Part shown: one piece after another, positions 56,072 through 64,000 of the stretch
Layout: each line of letters starts with the position of its first letter
Position numbering within the stretch: the stretch's first letter is position 1
From: Dehalococcoidia bacterium
Lineage (GTDB): Bacteria > Chloroflexota > Dehalococcoidia > Dehalococcoidales > RBG-16-60-22
Reading direction: 5' to 3'
Length of the DNA stretch: 64,000 bases
NCBI GenBank assembly: GCA_011192005.1
Contig: DUFB01000062.1
Span: 12,074 to 76,073 of the forward strand
Position numbers and translations under genes: made by a program
Notes under the pieces: generated by a model
The model's input: the letters and a program-made list of their open reading frames with translations, nothing else
The model's database searches: none
What the model was told of the DNA's origin: nothing

Positions 56072-56908
56072 TTACTTACCCTTCAGTGCTTCCAGTATAC
56101 TCTCGTCCATGGGAAAGCTGTTTTCCTTGGTGGGAAACTTGCCGGTAGTTACCTCTTCGTGATACTGCGAGATAGCATTTGACATAACATCAACGAGCTT
56201 GGCGTACTGTTTGGCGTGCTTGGGAACGAAGTCCGTATACGAGCCGAGTACGTCATTGATTACCTGGACCTGTCCGTCGCAGCCGATACCAGCGCCTATC
56301 CCGATGGTTGGAATACTTATTTTCCCAGTAATCAGCTTCGCCAGGGCAGCAGGGACGGTCTCCAGCACCACCGCGAAGGCACCGGCCTGCTCCAGGGCTT
56401 TAGCATCGTCGAGTATCCTGGCGGCAACCTCGAGCGTCTTGCCCTGAATCCGGTGACCGCCGATCTGGTTAATAGATTGCGGCGTCAGGCCGATATGCCC
56501 CATCACCGGGATGCCGCATTCCACGATTCTCTTTACCTTGTCGGCTACAGTAACGCCGCCTTCCAGCTTGACCGCCTGGGTACCCGCTTCCTGGATGAAC
56601 TTCGCGGCATTACTCAGCGCCTGCTCGGTGTTGAGGTGATATGTCATGAAGGGCATATCGCCGACTATCAACGCTCTGCTGGTGCCCCTGACGACCGCCC
56701 TGGTATGGTGCAGCATCTCTTCGATGGTGACGGGTATCGTCGTCTCATATCCGAGCACCACCATCCCCAAGCTATCCCCGACCAGTATCAGCGGTATCCC
56801 TGCCTCGTCGACCAGCTTGGCGGTAACGTAATCGTAGGCGGTAAGCATGGTTATCTTCTCACCCTTTTGCTTCATTTCCCTGATTTTGTTTATTGTAATA
56901 CGCGGCAT
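56072..56908 (-). CDS. panB: 3-methyl-2-oxobutanoate hydroxymethyltransferase
   Basis: 278 aa. MLTAYDY, LVGDSLGMV, GHIGLTPQS motifs. Confidence 0.95.
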   Translation of the reverse strand: MPRITINKIREMKQKGEKITMLTAYDYVTAKLVDEAGIPLILVGDSLGMVVLGYETTIPVTIEEMLHHTRAVVRGTSRALIVGDMPFMTYHLNTEQALSNAAKFIQEAGTQAVKLEGGVTVADKVKRIVECGIPVMGHIGLTPQSINQIGGHRIQGKTLEVAARILDDAKALEQAGAFAVVLETVPAALAKLITGKISIPTIGIGAGIGCDGQVQVINDVLGSYTDFVPKHAKQYAKLVDVMSNAISQYHEEVTTGKFPTKENSFPMDESILEALKGK

Positions 56909-56916
56909 AACACTTC

Positions 56917-57288
56917 CTAGTTATAAAATATATTGTCCAGCTTCTTCACGACCTCGTTCTTCTCATTGACCTGCACGATTTTCGGCACGTGATTTCGCGC
57001 CTCTTCGTCGGACCTCTCCGTGTAGGTCAGGATGATGACCAAGTCACCCTTGACGGCTAGCCTGGCCGCGGCGCCGTTGAGGCAGATATCGCCGCTGCCC
57101 GCTTCCCCTTCGATAACATAGGTACTGAAACGCACCCCGTTATTGATATTAAGCACCTGTACCTGCTCATAGGGCAGCATATCGGCTTCTTCCATCAGCT
57201 TCTTATCGATGGTGATACTGCCCTCGTAATCGATGTTTCCGTCGGTAACCGTGGCTCGATGAATCTTGCTTTTCAGCATGGTTCTCAT
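56917..57288 (-). CDS. panD: aspartate 1-decarboxylase (pyruvoyl-dependent)
   Basis: [16 protein letters not shown]-terminus and YEGSITID self-cleavage site. ATG 57288 lies 5 nt after GGAGGGA; the track's TTG 57306 is upstream of the SD. Confidence 0.95.
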   Translation of the reverse strand: MRTMLKSKIHRATVTDGNIDYEGSITIDKKLMEEADMLPYEQVQVLNINNGVRFSTYVIEGEAGSGDICLNGAAARLAVKGDLVIILTYTERSDEEARNHVPKIVQVNEKNEVVKKLDNIFYN

Positions 57289-57312
57289 GTTGTTCCCTCC
57301 AGGCAATCAGAA

Positions 57313-58173
57313 TCAGCTTGCTTTCAGTATCTTATCCAGCTCCAGTGAGCGTTTTTTATCGATTTTTCCCTTAGCGAGGGCGATGGGTATCGTCTGCCTG
57401 CCCATTTCCGTATAAGGTGCCATCAGGGCAGGCGCTTTCTTCTTTAACATATCTAGGTGCTTGGAAACAGTTCCGGTATCCCCGCGGGCGATGGGGCCGG
57501 TAAGGCATCGGGGTATGCCCAGTCTCTCAATATTGTTGAGAGTACCACGCAGCAACGGCAGGAGAGCCGCCGTGGCTTTATCGGGCGGGATGCGGAATGT
57601 CTCCCAGAGGTCGGTGGACAGCTTTACGAGTGTAACCAGATAGTTACAGGCGAAAACGGCGGCGGCATGATAGGCGACTTTGTCCTTTGATTTCAACTGT
57701 ATCCACTTACCTCCCAGGGCAGTGGCCATATCCTGCAGGGTAGTCAGCAGGGGTTCGTCGGATTCTATGACAAAGGTTGAGCCGGGGATATTCTCGATTG
57801 CCTGGTCGATGCCAGCAAAGGTCTGCAGGGGATGAAAACCGCCCACTCTGGCGCCTGATTTCCGGGCAGGTTCCAGGATTTCGACGGAATCTGCCCCGCT
57901 GCAGTGAACGACGCTCTGTCTCTTGCGCCACTTTACCCGCGATACAACCCGCGGTATAACATCATCCGGCGTGGTGATAAACACGAAATCAGCGGCATCG
58001 GCCACATCCTGGTTGGTGTCCATGATATTGCAGCCTTCCACCGCCTTAGCGAGGTTTTTTGCGGATTTCCGACTTCGACTGGAAACACAGGTCACCTCAT
58101 AACCGTTACGACTCAGCAGCGTAGCCAGCGCCGTACCCACGATCCCGGCTCCTATGAATCCTATTTTGAGCAT
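57313..58173 (-). CDS. Rossmann-fold NAD(P)-binding oxidoreductase (DUF2520-type); candidate PanG-like ketopantoate reductase
   Basis: MLKIGFIGAGIVGTALA dinucleotide fold. 286 aa. First gene of the panD-panB-panC operon. The functional call rests on context. Confidence 0.55.
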   Translation of the reverse strand: MLKIGFIGAGIVGTALATLLSRNGYEVTCVSSRSRKSAKNLAKAVEGCNIMDTNQDVADAADFVFITTPDDVIPRVVSRVKWRKRQSVVHCSGADSVEILEPARKSGARVGGFHPLQTFAGIDQAIENIPGSTFVIESDEPLLTTLQDMATALGGKWIQLKSKDKVAYHAAAVFACNYLVTLVKLSTDLWETFRIPPDKATAALLPLLRGTLNNIERLGIPRCLTGPIARGDTGTVSKHLDMLKKKAPALMAPYTEMGRQTIPIALAKGKIDKKRSLELDKILKAS

Positions 58174-58182
58174 TACACCTCT

Positions 58183-58216
58183 AAAATAAAAACCCCCTCT
58201 GATATTACAGAGAGGG
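58183..58216 (-). terminator. intrinsic terminator inside the pan-operon leader (attenuator element)
   Basis: RNA CCCUCUCUG-uaauau-CAGAGGGGG followed by UUUUUAUUUU. It ends 9 nt before the first codon of the operon. Confidence 0.7.
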
Positions 58217-58330
58217 CTCGCAGAAATTCCCGGTTATTGTGCCGTCTCGGTCTTATCAGATCCAAGCGACTTATTTTATTAAGGTCTAATATTCTTAACT
58301 CACCGCCGTAATAGGTCGATTGTCACTTTT

Positions 58331-58359
58331 ATTCTATCGCAGTATTTCCTCTTTGTCAA
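58331..58359 (-). promoter_or_regulatory. promoter of the pan-operon leader
   Basis: Reverse strand TTGACA (58359-58354), 17 nt, TAGAAT (58336-58331). Confidence 0.65.
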
Positions 58360-58372
58360 TAAAGAATACATA

Positions 58373-58402
58373 TTGTTTCCCCACTTTATACAATGCTATA
58401 AT
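58373..58402 (+). promoter_or_regulatory. putative hisA promoter (divergent from the pan promoter)
   Basis: TTGTTT (58373-58378), 18 nt, TATAAT (58397-58402). Confidence 0.45.
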
Positions 58403-58433
58403 TTCTCCATAGTATCTTTTCAGGAGGCATTAA

Positions 58434-59153
58434 ATAGAAATCATACCTTCGATAGACCTTCGGGACGGACGCTGCGTGCGGTTGTACCAGGGTGACTATA
58501 ATCAGGAAACGGTTTTCTCCGATGACCCCCTTGATGTGGCTTTAAAATGGCAGTCCATGGGGGCGCCGCGACTTCACATCGTTGACCTTGATGGCGCCGC
58601 TTCCGGCGAGATACTCAACCTCGACATCATCAAGGAAATTGTTGGCGCCATGCTCATTCCCACCCAGCTCGGCGGTGGCATCCGCGACCTCGGGACTATT
58701 GAAAAATTGCTGAAAATCGGTGTGGAGCGGGTAATCCTGGGTACGGCGGCGGTGGTCAATCAAAACCTCGTGCGGAATGCCCTGGAGCGTTTTCGCGATT
58801 CCATCATTATCGGTATTGACGTCCGCGAAGGTTACGCCGCCACCCACGGCTGGCTCCAGGACACGGGCGAAGATGCGGTGGAGCTGGCGAAAACTATGGT
58901 TGAGATGGGTGCCCGGAGGTTTGTCTATACGGATATCTCCCGTGACGGCACGCTCACGGAACCCAATTTTGCCGCCATCTCCGGGTTTATTGATGCCGTC
59001 GGCGTGCCGGTTATCGCCGCTGGCGGTATATCATCGGTAAATCACCTTAAAATGCTGAGCAAACTCGGTGCCGCCGGAGCTATCGTCGGTAAAGCGCTCT
59101 ATACCGGGGACATCAATCTTAAACAAGCCCTCGATGAAGTAGGGAAATTATAA
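58434..59153 (+). CDS. hisA: ProFAR isomerase HisA, probable ATA (or ATC) start codon
   Basis: The in-frame region upstream of the track's GTG (58476) encodes [13 protein letters not shown], the conserved HisA N-terminus with the catalytic Asp. The frame opens after TAA (58431-58433). AGGAGG (58422-58427) lies 6 nt before ATA 58434. Confidence 0.8.
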   Translation: MEIIPSIDLRDGRCVRLYQGDYNQETVFSDDPLDVALKWQSMGAPRLHIVDLDGAASGEILNLDIIKEIVGAMLIPTQLGGGIRDLGTIEKLLKIGVERVILGTAAVVNQNLVRNALERFRDSIIIGIDVREGYAATHGWLQDTGEDAVELAKTMVEMGARRFVYTDISRDGTLTEPNFAAISGFIDAVGVPVIAAGGISSVNHLKMLSKLGAAGAIVGKALYTGDINLKQALDEVGKL

Positions 59154-59170
59154 GGTATAATAATAATATC

Positions 59171-59491
59171 ATGAGTAAACTGAATTATAACGACAAGGGA
59201 CTTATCCCGGCTATCATCCAGGACATTGATACCGGAGAAGTATTGATGCTCGGCTATATGAATAAAGAGTCGCTCCGCCTGACCTTGTCTACCGGTGATG
59301 CGTGGTTTTTCAGTCGCAGCCGCCAGGAGCTGTGGCACAAGGGAGAGACCTCCGGTAATTTCATCAAGGTGGTAGAAATTCGCAAGGACTGCGAGGACAA
59401 TTCTCTTCTGGTAAAAGCCCGGCCGATGGGACCGGTCTGTCACACAGGCAACCGTAACTGCTTCTTCCAGACCCTGGACGGGGACGATTAA
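59171..59491 (+). CDS. hisI: phosphoribosyl-AMP cyclohydrolase
   Basis: 106 aa. [29 protein letters not shown] motifs. Confidence 0.9.
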   Translation: MSKLNYNDKGLIPAIIQDIDTGEVLMLGYMNKESLRLTLSTGDAWFFSRSRQELWHKGETSGNFIKVVEIRKDCEDNSLLVKARPMGPVCHTGNRNCFFQTLDGDD

Positions 59492-60420
59492 GCGCTGGCC
59501 GCCTCAGCGGTTTGCTCTGCCTGGTCTATCTCCACCGCCTTGTTCATCGCCGCTATGGCTACTTCTATCTGCTTATCGTCGGGCTCGCCCGTGGTTAACG
59601 ACTGCAACCACAAACCGGGGGCCAGCAGGATTTTTACTGCCCAGTTATCCGTATGCCGGGCGCCGAAGTAGATGACTTCATAACCCAGCCCCATGATTAC
59701 CGGTATCAGAACAATCCGGGACACAATCATCAACCAGAGGATATCGCGTCCCATGAAAGAAAATACTATTATCGCAATCAGCAGCACGGTAAATAAAAAA
59801 CTGGTCCCGCAGCGTACGTGCGCCGTGCTGTGGGCTTTTATCGCCTCGACCTCCATGGGAACGCCGGCCTCGTAGGCATTAACCGTCTTGTGCTCTGCGC
59901 CGTGATAGGTGAAGACCCTCTTGATATCGGGCATGAAGGATATCACCTTGAGGTACCCGAGGAATATGGCCAGTCGGATGAGTCCCTCGACGATATGGAA
60001 AACTATAGTATTGGGCATATACTGGTCTACCAGCCGGGTCAGGAAGAGCGGTGCTAGGAAAAACAGGACGATTACCAATATAGCCGCAGAGGCTATCATT
60101 ACCCAGATGGCTTTCGAGGGTATTTCCTCGGCTTCTTCCTCAACGGCAATATTGGCGGAGTAAAGCAGGCTCTTGATACCCATCACCATCGTCTCTATCA
60201 GGATTACGATTCCCCGCAAAAAAGGTATCCGTCGGTATCGTTTAGTCCAGTTTTCATCTATTGGCTTTACGTCTGTCGCAAGCTCACCGTTGGGACGTCG
60301 CACCGATGTTACCACGGCTTTCCTACCGCGTATCATGACGCCCTCGATGACTGCCTGACCGCCGTAATGTACCTTTTGTTTTTCCGCCATCTCCATAAAC
60401 GAAAAGGAGTCCCGATTCAT
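59488..60420 (-). CDS. DUF1385-family membrane protein
   Basis: [15 protein letters not shown]-terminal signature, HGAEHK motif, several TM helices. GAGGCAGGAG SD. Confidence 0.8.
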   Translation of the reverse strand: MNRDSFSFMEMAEKQKVHYGGQAVIEGVMIRGRKAVVTSVRRPNGELATDVKPIDENWTKRYRRIPFLRGIVILIETMVMGIKSLLYSANIAVEEEAEEIPSKAIWVMIASAAILVIVLFFLAPLFLTRLVDQYMPNTIVFHIVEGLIRLAIFLGYLKVISFMPDIKRVFTYHGAEHKTVNAYEAGVPMEVEAIKAHSTAHVRCGTSFLFTVLLIAIIVFSFMGRDILWLMIVSRIVLIPVIMGLGYEVIYFGARHTDNWAVKILLAPGLWLQSLTTGEPDDKQIEVAIAAMNKAVEIDQAEQTAEAASA

Positions 60421-60449
60421 CGGGACTCCTGCCTCTTAAAATATCGCCA

Positions 60450-60656
60450 TTAGTCTTGAATCTTGTAGCGCTTCTTGAATCTTTCCACGCGCCCGGTGGT
60501 ATCCAGCATCCTCCGCTCGCCGGTGAAGAAGGGATGGCACTTGCTGCACACCTCCACCTTGAGCTGTTTCCGGGTAGAGCCGGTGGTAAATACATTGCCG
60601 CAGGAGCATACCACCTGGGCATCTTTATAGTATTGTGGGTGTATCTTTTCTTTCAT
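60450..60656 (-). CDS. rpmE: 50S ribosomal protein L31 (Zn-ribbon form)
   Basis: [10 protein letters not shown]..., CSCGN...CSKCHPF. Confidence 0.95.
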   Translation of the reverse strand: MKEKIHPQYYKDAQVVCSCGNVFTTGSTRKQLKVEVCSKCHPFFTGERRMLDTTGRVERFKKRYKIQD

Positions 60657-60661
60657 GGCAT

Positions 60662-60916
60662 CTATCCCGCGTAAACGCTTACCTTTCTCCGGTTGTTGCT
60701 GGTCGGCTCGTACTTGACGATGCCGTTGATAAGGGCATAAAGCGTGTGGTCTTTACCCACGCCGACGTTCTCACCCGGGTGAATCTTCGTGCCCCTCTGG
60801 CGTACCAGAATCGTACCCGCGTTGACTGTTTCCCCGGCGAATCTCTTTACGCCGAGTCGCTGTCCCTGGCTGTCCCTGCCGTTCCGGCTGGTGCCGCCTC
60901 CCTTTTTATGCGCCAT
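60662..60916 (-). CDS. rpmA: 50S ribosomal protein L27
   Basis: [16 protein letters not shown]... No N-terminal propeptide. The start overlaps the rplU 3' end by 11 nt. Confidence 0.95.
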   Translation of the reverse strand: MAHKKGGGTSRNGRDSQGQRLGVKRFAGETVNAGTILVRQRGTKIHPGENVGVGKDHTLYALINGIVKYEPTSNNRRKVSVYAG

Positions 60917-61403
60917 CTGCCGTCTCCTCTTTCTTCTTACGACGGGTGGTCTTTCTGACTGTAGTCGTTTTGGTTGCCGTAGCTGGCTTGGTCTCTTTGG
61001 CTGCTTTTACTGCCTTAACTGGCTTGGCTATGGTCGGTTTAATTGTTTTAGCAGGTTTTTCGGTCTTGACCGGTTTGGGCTTCGCCACGCCCGGCGCCGT
61101 GATGCTGTCAATGCTCAGTCGGGTAAAGAGCTGCCGGTGTCCGTTCCTGCGGCGGTAGCGTACCTTGGATTTGTATTTGAATACGATTACCTTGTCGCCC
61201 TTGCCGCTCTCTTTAGCCGTGGCTTTTACCCTGGCACCTTCCACCACCGGATTGCCTACGGTCACTTTTTCGCCATCGGCAACCAGCAGCACCCTGTCCA
61301 GTTCGACGGTACCGCCATCAGCAACATCCAGGCGTTCGACGTCAATCGTCTGGCCTTCGGTTACCTTGTATTGCTTGCCACCTGTCTCGATTATCGCGTA
61401 AAT
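60906..61403 (-). CDS. rplU: 50S ribosomal protein L21 with Lys/Pro/Thr-rich C-terminal extension; probable ATT start
   Basis: (M)[13 protein letters not shown] canonical N-terminus begins at ATT 61403-61401, 6 nt after GGAGG. The track's ATG (61421) lies 2 nt after the -10 hexamer. A ~60-aa KP/AK-rich tail is present. Confidence 0.85.
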   Translation of the reverse strand: MYAIIETGGKQYKVTEGQTIDVERLDVADGGTVELDRVLLVADGEKVTVGNPVVEGARVKATAKESGKGDKVIVFKYKSKVRYRRRNGHRQLFTRLSIDSITAPGVAKPKPVKTEKPAKTIKPTIAKPVKAVKAAKETKPATATKTTTVRKTTRRKKKEETADGA

Positions 61404-61423
61404 TTTAAGCCTCCAAAACATAT

Positions 61424-61452
61424 ATTCTATCAGTTTTATAGCTGAGAGTCAA
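61424..61452 (-). promoter_or_regulatory. promoter of rplU-rpmA
   Basis: Reverse strand TTGACT (61452-61447), 17 nt, TAGAAT (61429-61424). Confidence 0.65.
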
Positions 61453-61486
61453 ATATGATTCACGTCTAAAATTTACATTAAGCTTC

Positions 61487-61948
61487 CTAGACCTGCTCAA
61501 GAATAGTAGCTCTGGGCAGAAAGTCATACTTACCGTAAAAATGAAATACTTCTTCATTGCCGTAGGCAACGGCGATGACCCTTCTGTTTACCGAGCATTC
61601 GTGCATCCAGTTTAAAGCCTTTTTCATTAAGGCGTCACCGATACCACGGTCTCGGTAATTTTCTTCAACATATATCGACTGTACTTCCCCCTCGCTGTCC
61701 GCCGATATGGTGCTGATGCAATATCCCACCAGCTCCTCCGTTTTGGTATCATGGGCAAGATCTATACGTATTTTCCCTTTGTTAAATTTGGCTAATAACT
61801 CCCTGTTCCTCTGTTCGGAGGTCCTCGCGGCTATTTGCGCTGAAAAGTAGGGAGACAATGCAGCATGATGCTCGATTAGCTTCCGCCAGAGTTCATCAGT
61901 CAACTCCAGCCCCCGCTCATCCGTTTCTGTATATTCTATCTTCGCCAT
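61487..61948 (-). CDS. GNAT-family N-acetyltransferase
   Basis: 153 aa. RDRGIGDALMKKAL acetyl-CoA motif. Starts 1 nt after the coaE stop. Confidence 0.8.
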   Translation of the reverse strand: MAKIEYTETDERGLELTDELWRKLIEHHAALSPYFSAQIAARTSEQRNRELLAKFNKGKIRIDLAHDTKTEELVGYCISTISADSEGEVQSIYVEENYRDRGIGDALMKKALNWMHECSVNRRVIAVAYGNEEVFHFYGKYDFLPRATILEQV

Positions 61949-61949
61949 C

Positions 61950-62549
61950 TTATTTAAGCCTCTCCTGCAGCTTCTCCCACTCGGTCTTGATTCTCTCCCT
62001 GAGTCCTTCGAGCGTACCGTCGTTAACGATAACCAAGTCCGCCTGCCTGATGCGTTCCTCGTTGGTTATCTGCGAGCGTATCCGTGCTTTCACATCCGCT
62101 TCCGTAAAACCCTGCCTGCCGGATAAGCGCTTCAGTACCATCTCTTCCGGTGCCACTGTCACCCATACCTCATCGACCTGCCAGTCGCGTCCCGCATCCA
62201 GCATGGCTGCTGCCTCGAAAACGACCACCTTTATTCCCTGCCGGCGGTATTCCTCGGTCTTATCCCTGACGACTTCATCTATGGCAGGGTGCACTATATT
62301 ATTCAATTTTTTTAAAGCCTTCCTGTCGTTGAAGACCTTCTTACCAAATCTAGAGCGGTCTATCTCGCCGTTATTGCCCAGTATCTCAGTGCCGAACTCG
62401 CTTACCAGCTTTTCCCTGATTTCTCTCTGCTTCAGCACGTCATGCCCCGCCTTGTCCAGGCCGACCACCACCGCGCCCATCTTGGCTAGAAATCCCGCCG
62501 CCGTGCTTTTGCCACTGCCAATGCCTCCCGTAAGACCGATTATCCTCAT
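61950..62549 (-). CDS. coaE: dephospho-CoA kinase
   Basis: MRIIGLTGGIGSGKST P-loop N-terminus. ATG 62549 lies 4 nt after AAGGAG. The track ORF (to 62840) is an upstream open extension without homology features. Confidence 0.9.
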   Translation of the reverse strand: MRIIGLTGGIGSGKSTAAGFLAKMGAVVVGLDKAGHDVLKQREIREKLVSEFGTEILGNNGEIDRSRFGKKVFNDRKALKKLNNIVHPAIDEVVRDKTEEYRRQGIKVVVFEAAAMLDAGRDWQVDEVWVTVAPEEMVLKRLSGRQGFTEADVKARIRSQITNEERIRQADLVIVNDGTLEGLRERIKTEWEKLQERLK

Positions 62550-62625
62550 TTTTCTCCTTAACCTCAGCCTCAGGTGTTCCCAACAGGGCAAGTTTATTAT
62601 ATTATAATTGGTAGGGATTATAAAT

Positions 62626-63195
62626 ATGCTGCTTCTCGCCCATACCGGGATAACTCTCGGCGCGGCTACACTGCTGGCTGGCGCCGCTGAAATTAAAAAT
62701 AAGTCCGGGAACGGTATCCTGACGTGGTTTGCGTCTCTCTCGGAGTACGTGGATGTCAGGATATTGATTATCGGTTCAATGCTGCCCGACTTAATTGATA
62801 AGCCGGTGGGCGTGTTTCTTTTCCGTGATACGTTCAGCAACGGGAGGATATTTTCCCATACGTTGCTCTTCCTGGTTGTTCTAGCCGGGGCAGGATATTA
62901 TCTATATCGCCGCCGCCGTAAGACCTGGCTCCTGGTGCTGGCTTTCGGTACCTTTATGCACCTTCTCCTAGACAGCATCTGGAACACGCCGAGGACTCTG
63001 TTCTGGCCATTTCTGGGCTTTACTTTCGATAGGATTAACGTGGAGGACTGGCTGTCGTTCTGGTTCTGGGACCTTTTTGTCTACCCGGACCTGTTTATAC
63101 CGGAGGTTATTGGCCTGGCGATACTGCTCTCTTTCGTCTTCGCTCTGTTTTACCGTAAAAAGGTCGGCGTTTTCTTCAGGTACGGTAAAAGCTGA
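62626..63195 (+). CDS. membrane-bound metal-dependent hydrolase (DUF457/YdjM-like)
   Basis: LLAHTGITLG, GSMLPDLIDKP, FSHTLLF, MHLLLDS motifs. ATG 62626 preferred over the track's TTG 62608. Confidence 0.7.
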   Translation: MLLLAHTGITLGAATLLAGAAEIKNKSGNGILTWFASLSEYVDVRILIIGSMLPDLIDKPVGVFLFRDTFSNGRIFSHTLLFLVVLAGAGYYLYRRRRKTWLLVLAFGTFMHLLLDSIWNTPRTLFWPFLGFTFDRINVEDWLSFWFWDLFVYPDLFIPEVIGLAILLSFVFALFYRKKVGVFFRYGKS

Positions 63196-63212
63196 GGTTA
63201 CGAACGCCCTTC

Positions 63213-64000
63213 TTAAGCTCTTCTGCCCATTTCTACGGCAACCTCGATAATCGCATCATCACGCATGATTTCCAGGATCACCGTATCCCCGGGGCTGGTA
63301 TACTCGGCAAGATACGAAATCAGGTCGGCGATATTTCTCATCTTTACCCCGTTGACCGATAATATGATGTCGCCTGCTGTTATACCGGCTTCCTCGGCGG
63401 GACTGCCGGCAAATATACCGGTGACATAAGCTCCGTTACCGGTCTCCAGTCCCAGTTCACCTACCTCTTCCGGCAGCAGGTCTTCTATCAATATTCCCAG
63501 CCAGGGATGATTGAAGAATCCGAACTCGATTATCTCATCGGCAACCCGCTTGGCTTTGTTGGCCGATACCGCGAAATATATACCGTCACCTACGGTGGGA
63601 CTTATCCTGGCTATCACAACACCCGCTACCTCTCCCTTTATATTAAATAGAGGACCGCCTGAATTCCCAAAGTTAACCGGGGCATCGAACTGTATCAGGT
63701 TGGGTATCCACTTCTCATCTATTTTGATGTATCTGTTTACCTGTGAGATTATACCCGCTGTCAGCGTGTCCCTCATCTCTTTCAGGGTATCTAATTCGAC
63801 CGGACTGCCGATAGCCACTACTATGGCTCCCGGAACGAACAGGCTGGAATCGGCGAACGCTGGCGGTATCACGCCCGGGTCTTTTTCCAGCTCCAGTACC
63901 GCTATATCGCTAGGTTCACTTGAGCCTACTATAGTTGCCTTGGAGACCGTGCCGTCGTACATCACCACGTATATCTCACTCATCCCGTCGATAACGTGGT
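63213..64000 (-). CDS. HtrA/DegP-family serine protease with C-terminal PDZ domain; 5' end beyond the window
   Basis: Catalytic triad pieces THVIDG (frame open to nt 64000), DIAVLEL and GNSGGPLF. PDZ region GAYVTGIFAGSPAEEAGITAGDIILSVNG. Confidence 0.85.
   Translation of the reverse strand, partial: HVIDGMSEIYVVMYDGTVSKATIVGSSEPSDIAVLELEKDPGVIPPAFADSSLFVPGAIVVAIGSPVELDTLKEMRDTLTAGIISQVNRYIKIDEKWIPNLIQFDAPVNFGNSGGPLFNIKGEVAGVVIARISPTVGDGIYFAVSANKAKRVADEIIEFGFFNHPWLGILIEDLLPEEVGELGLETGNGAYVTGIFAGSPAEEAGITAGDIILSVNGVKMRNIADLISYLAEYTSPGDTVILEIMRDDAIIEVAVEMGRRA

Noticed and set aside
58476-58478. GTG 58476 as the hisA start and ATG 61421 as the rplU start (as in the ORF track)
   Set aside because: GTG 58476 would delete the conserved catalytic N-terminus of HisA. 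ATG 61421 lies 2 nt after the -10 hexamer and upstream of the SD. See the findings for the preferred ATA/ATT starts.
59488-59491. hisI and the DUF1385 gene converge with overlapping stop codons (shared TTAA)
   Set aside because: This is real but ordinary genome compaction, and no additional signal such as a terminator or antisense element is visible. It is only notable as potential transcriptional interference.
62550-62840. 97-codon N-terminal extension of coaE in the ORF track (start at 62840)
   Set aside because: The extension overlaps the divergent hydrolase gene and has no homology features. The canonical MRIIGLTGGIGSGKST N-terminus starts at ATG 62549, directly behind AAGGAG.

Overview
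Gene-dense 64-kb chromosomal segment: about 60 CDS and 2 tRNAs, roughly half G+C by eye. No rRNA, CRISPR array, transposase, phage, restriction-modification or toxin-antitoxin genes are recognisable. Gene content suggests a monoderm anaerobe, possibly Chloroflexota/Dehalococcoidia-like; this is inference only. The pointers are membrane H+/Na+-pyrophosphatase, EtfAB, a class-V aminotransferase beside serA, a secretin-less type IV pilus cluster and a DRG-type GTPase.

Most of the window is housekeeping: ftsK, rnj, udg, serA, tyrS, ribF, hppA, prfA-prmC, etfBA, an EF-G paralog, pcm, a Xer recombinase, uvrC, xth, tRNA-Gly/Phe, a panG-like-panD-panB-panC operon, hisA-hisI, rpmE, rplU-rpmA and coaE. 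Less ordinary blocks are a pilB-pilC-pilO-pilMN-pilT/pilin/pilD cluster (31.3-39.0 kb) and a regulatory neighbourhood at 39.0-46.5 kb. That neighbourhood holds an archaeal-type wHTH, an RHH protein, a GH3-like adenylating enzyme, a 7TM-GAF-GGDEF-HD-GYP protein, an atypical LuxR-type response regulator and a GAF protein.

I found no convincing defence or mobile system. Observations worth follow-up:
- A promoter plus ~150-nt leader ending in an intrinsic terminator in front of the pan operon (candidate attenuator/riboswitch).
- Three genes whose conserved N-termini can only be reached from ATT/ATA start codons with good SD spacing (rplU, hisA, GAF gene).
- A recurring promoter(-10)-5-8 nt-start codon (ATG/GTG) leaderless architecture.
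- The wHTH/RHH/GH3 module with two perfect palindromes.
- An orphan FeS-less molybdopterin enzyme.
- A DRG-like GTPase with a DTPP G3 motif.
- An AT-rich orphan-ORF islet and a 51-aa sORF with a consensus SD.
- A perfect G-quadruplex motif and a dif-like half-site next to the xer gene.

All functional calls come from motif recognition by eye and need database confirmation.
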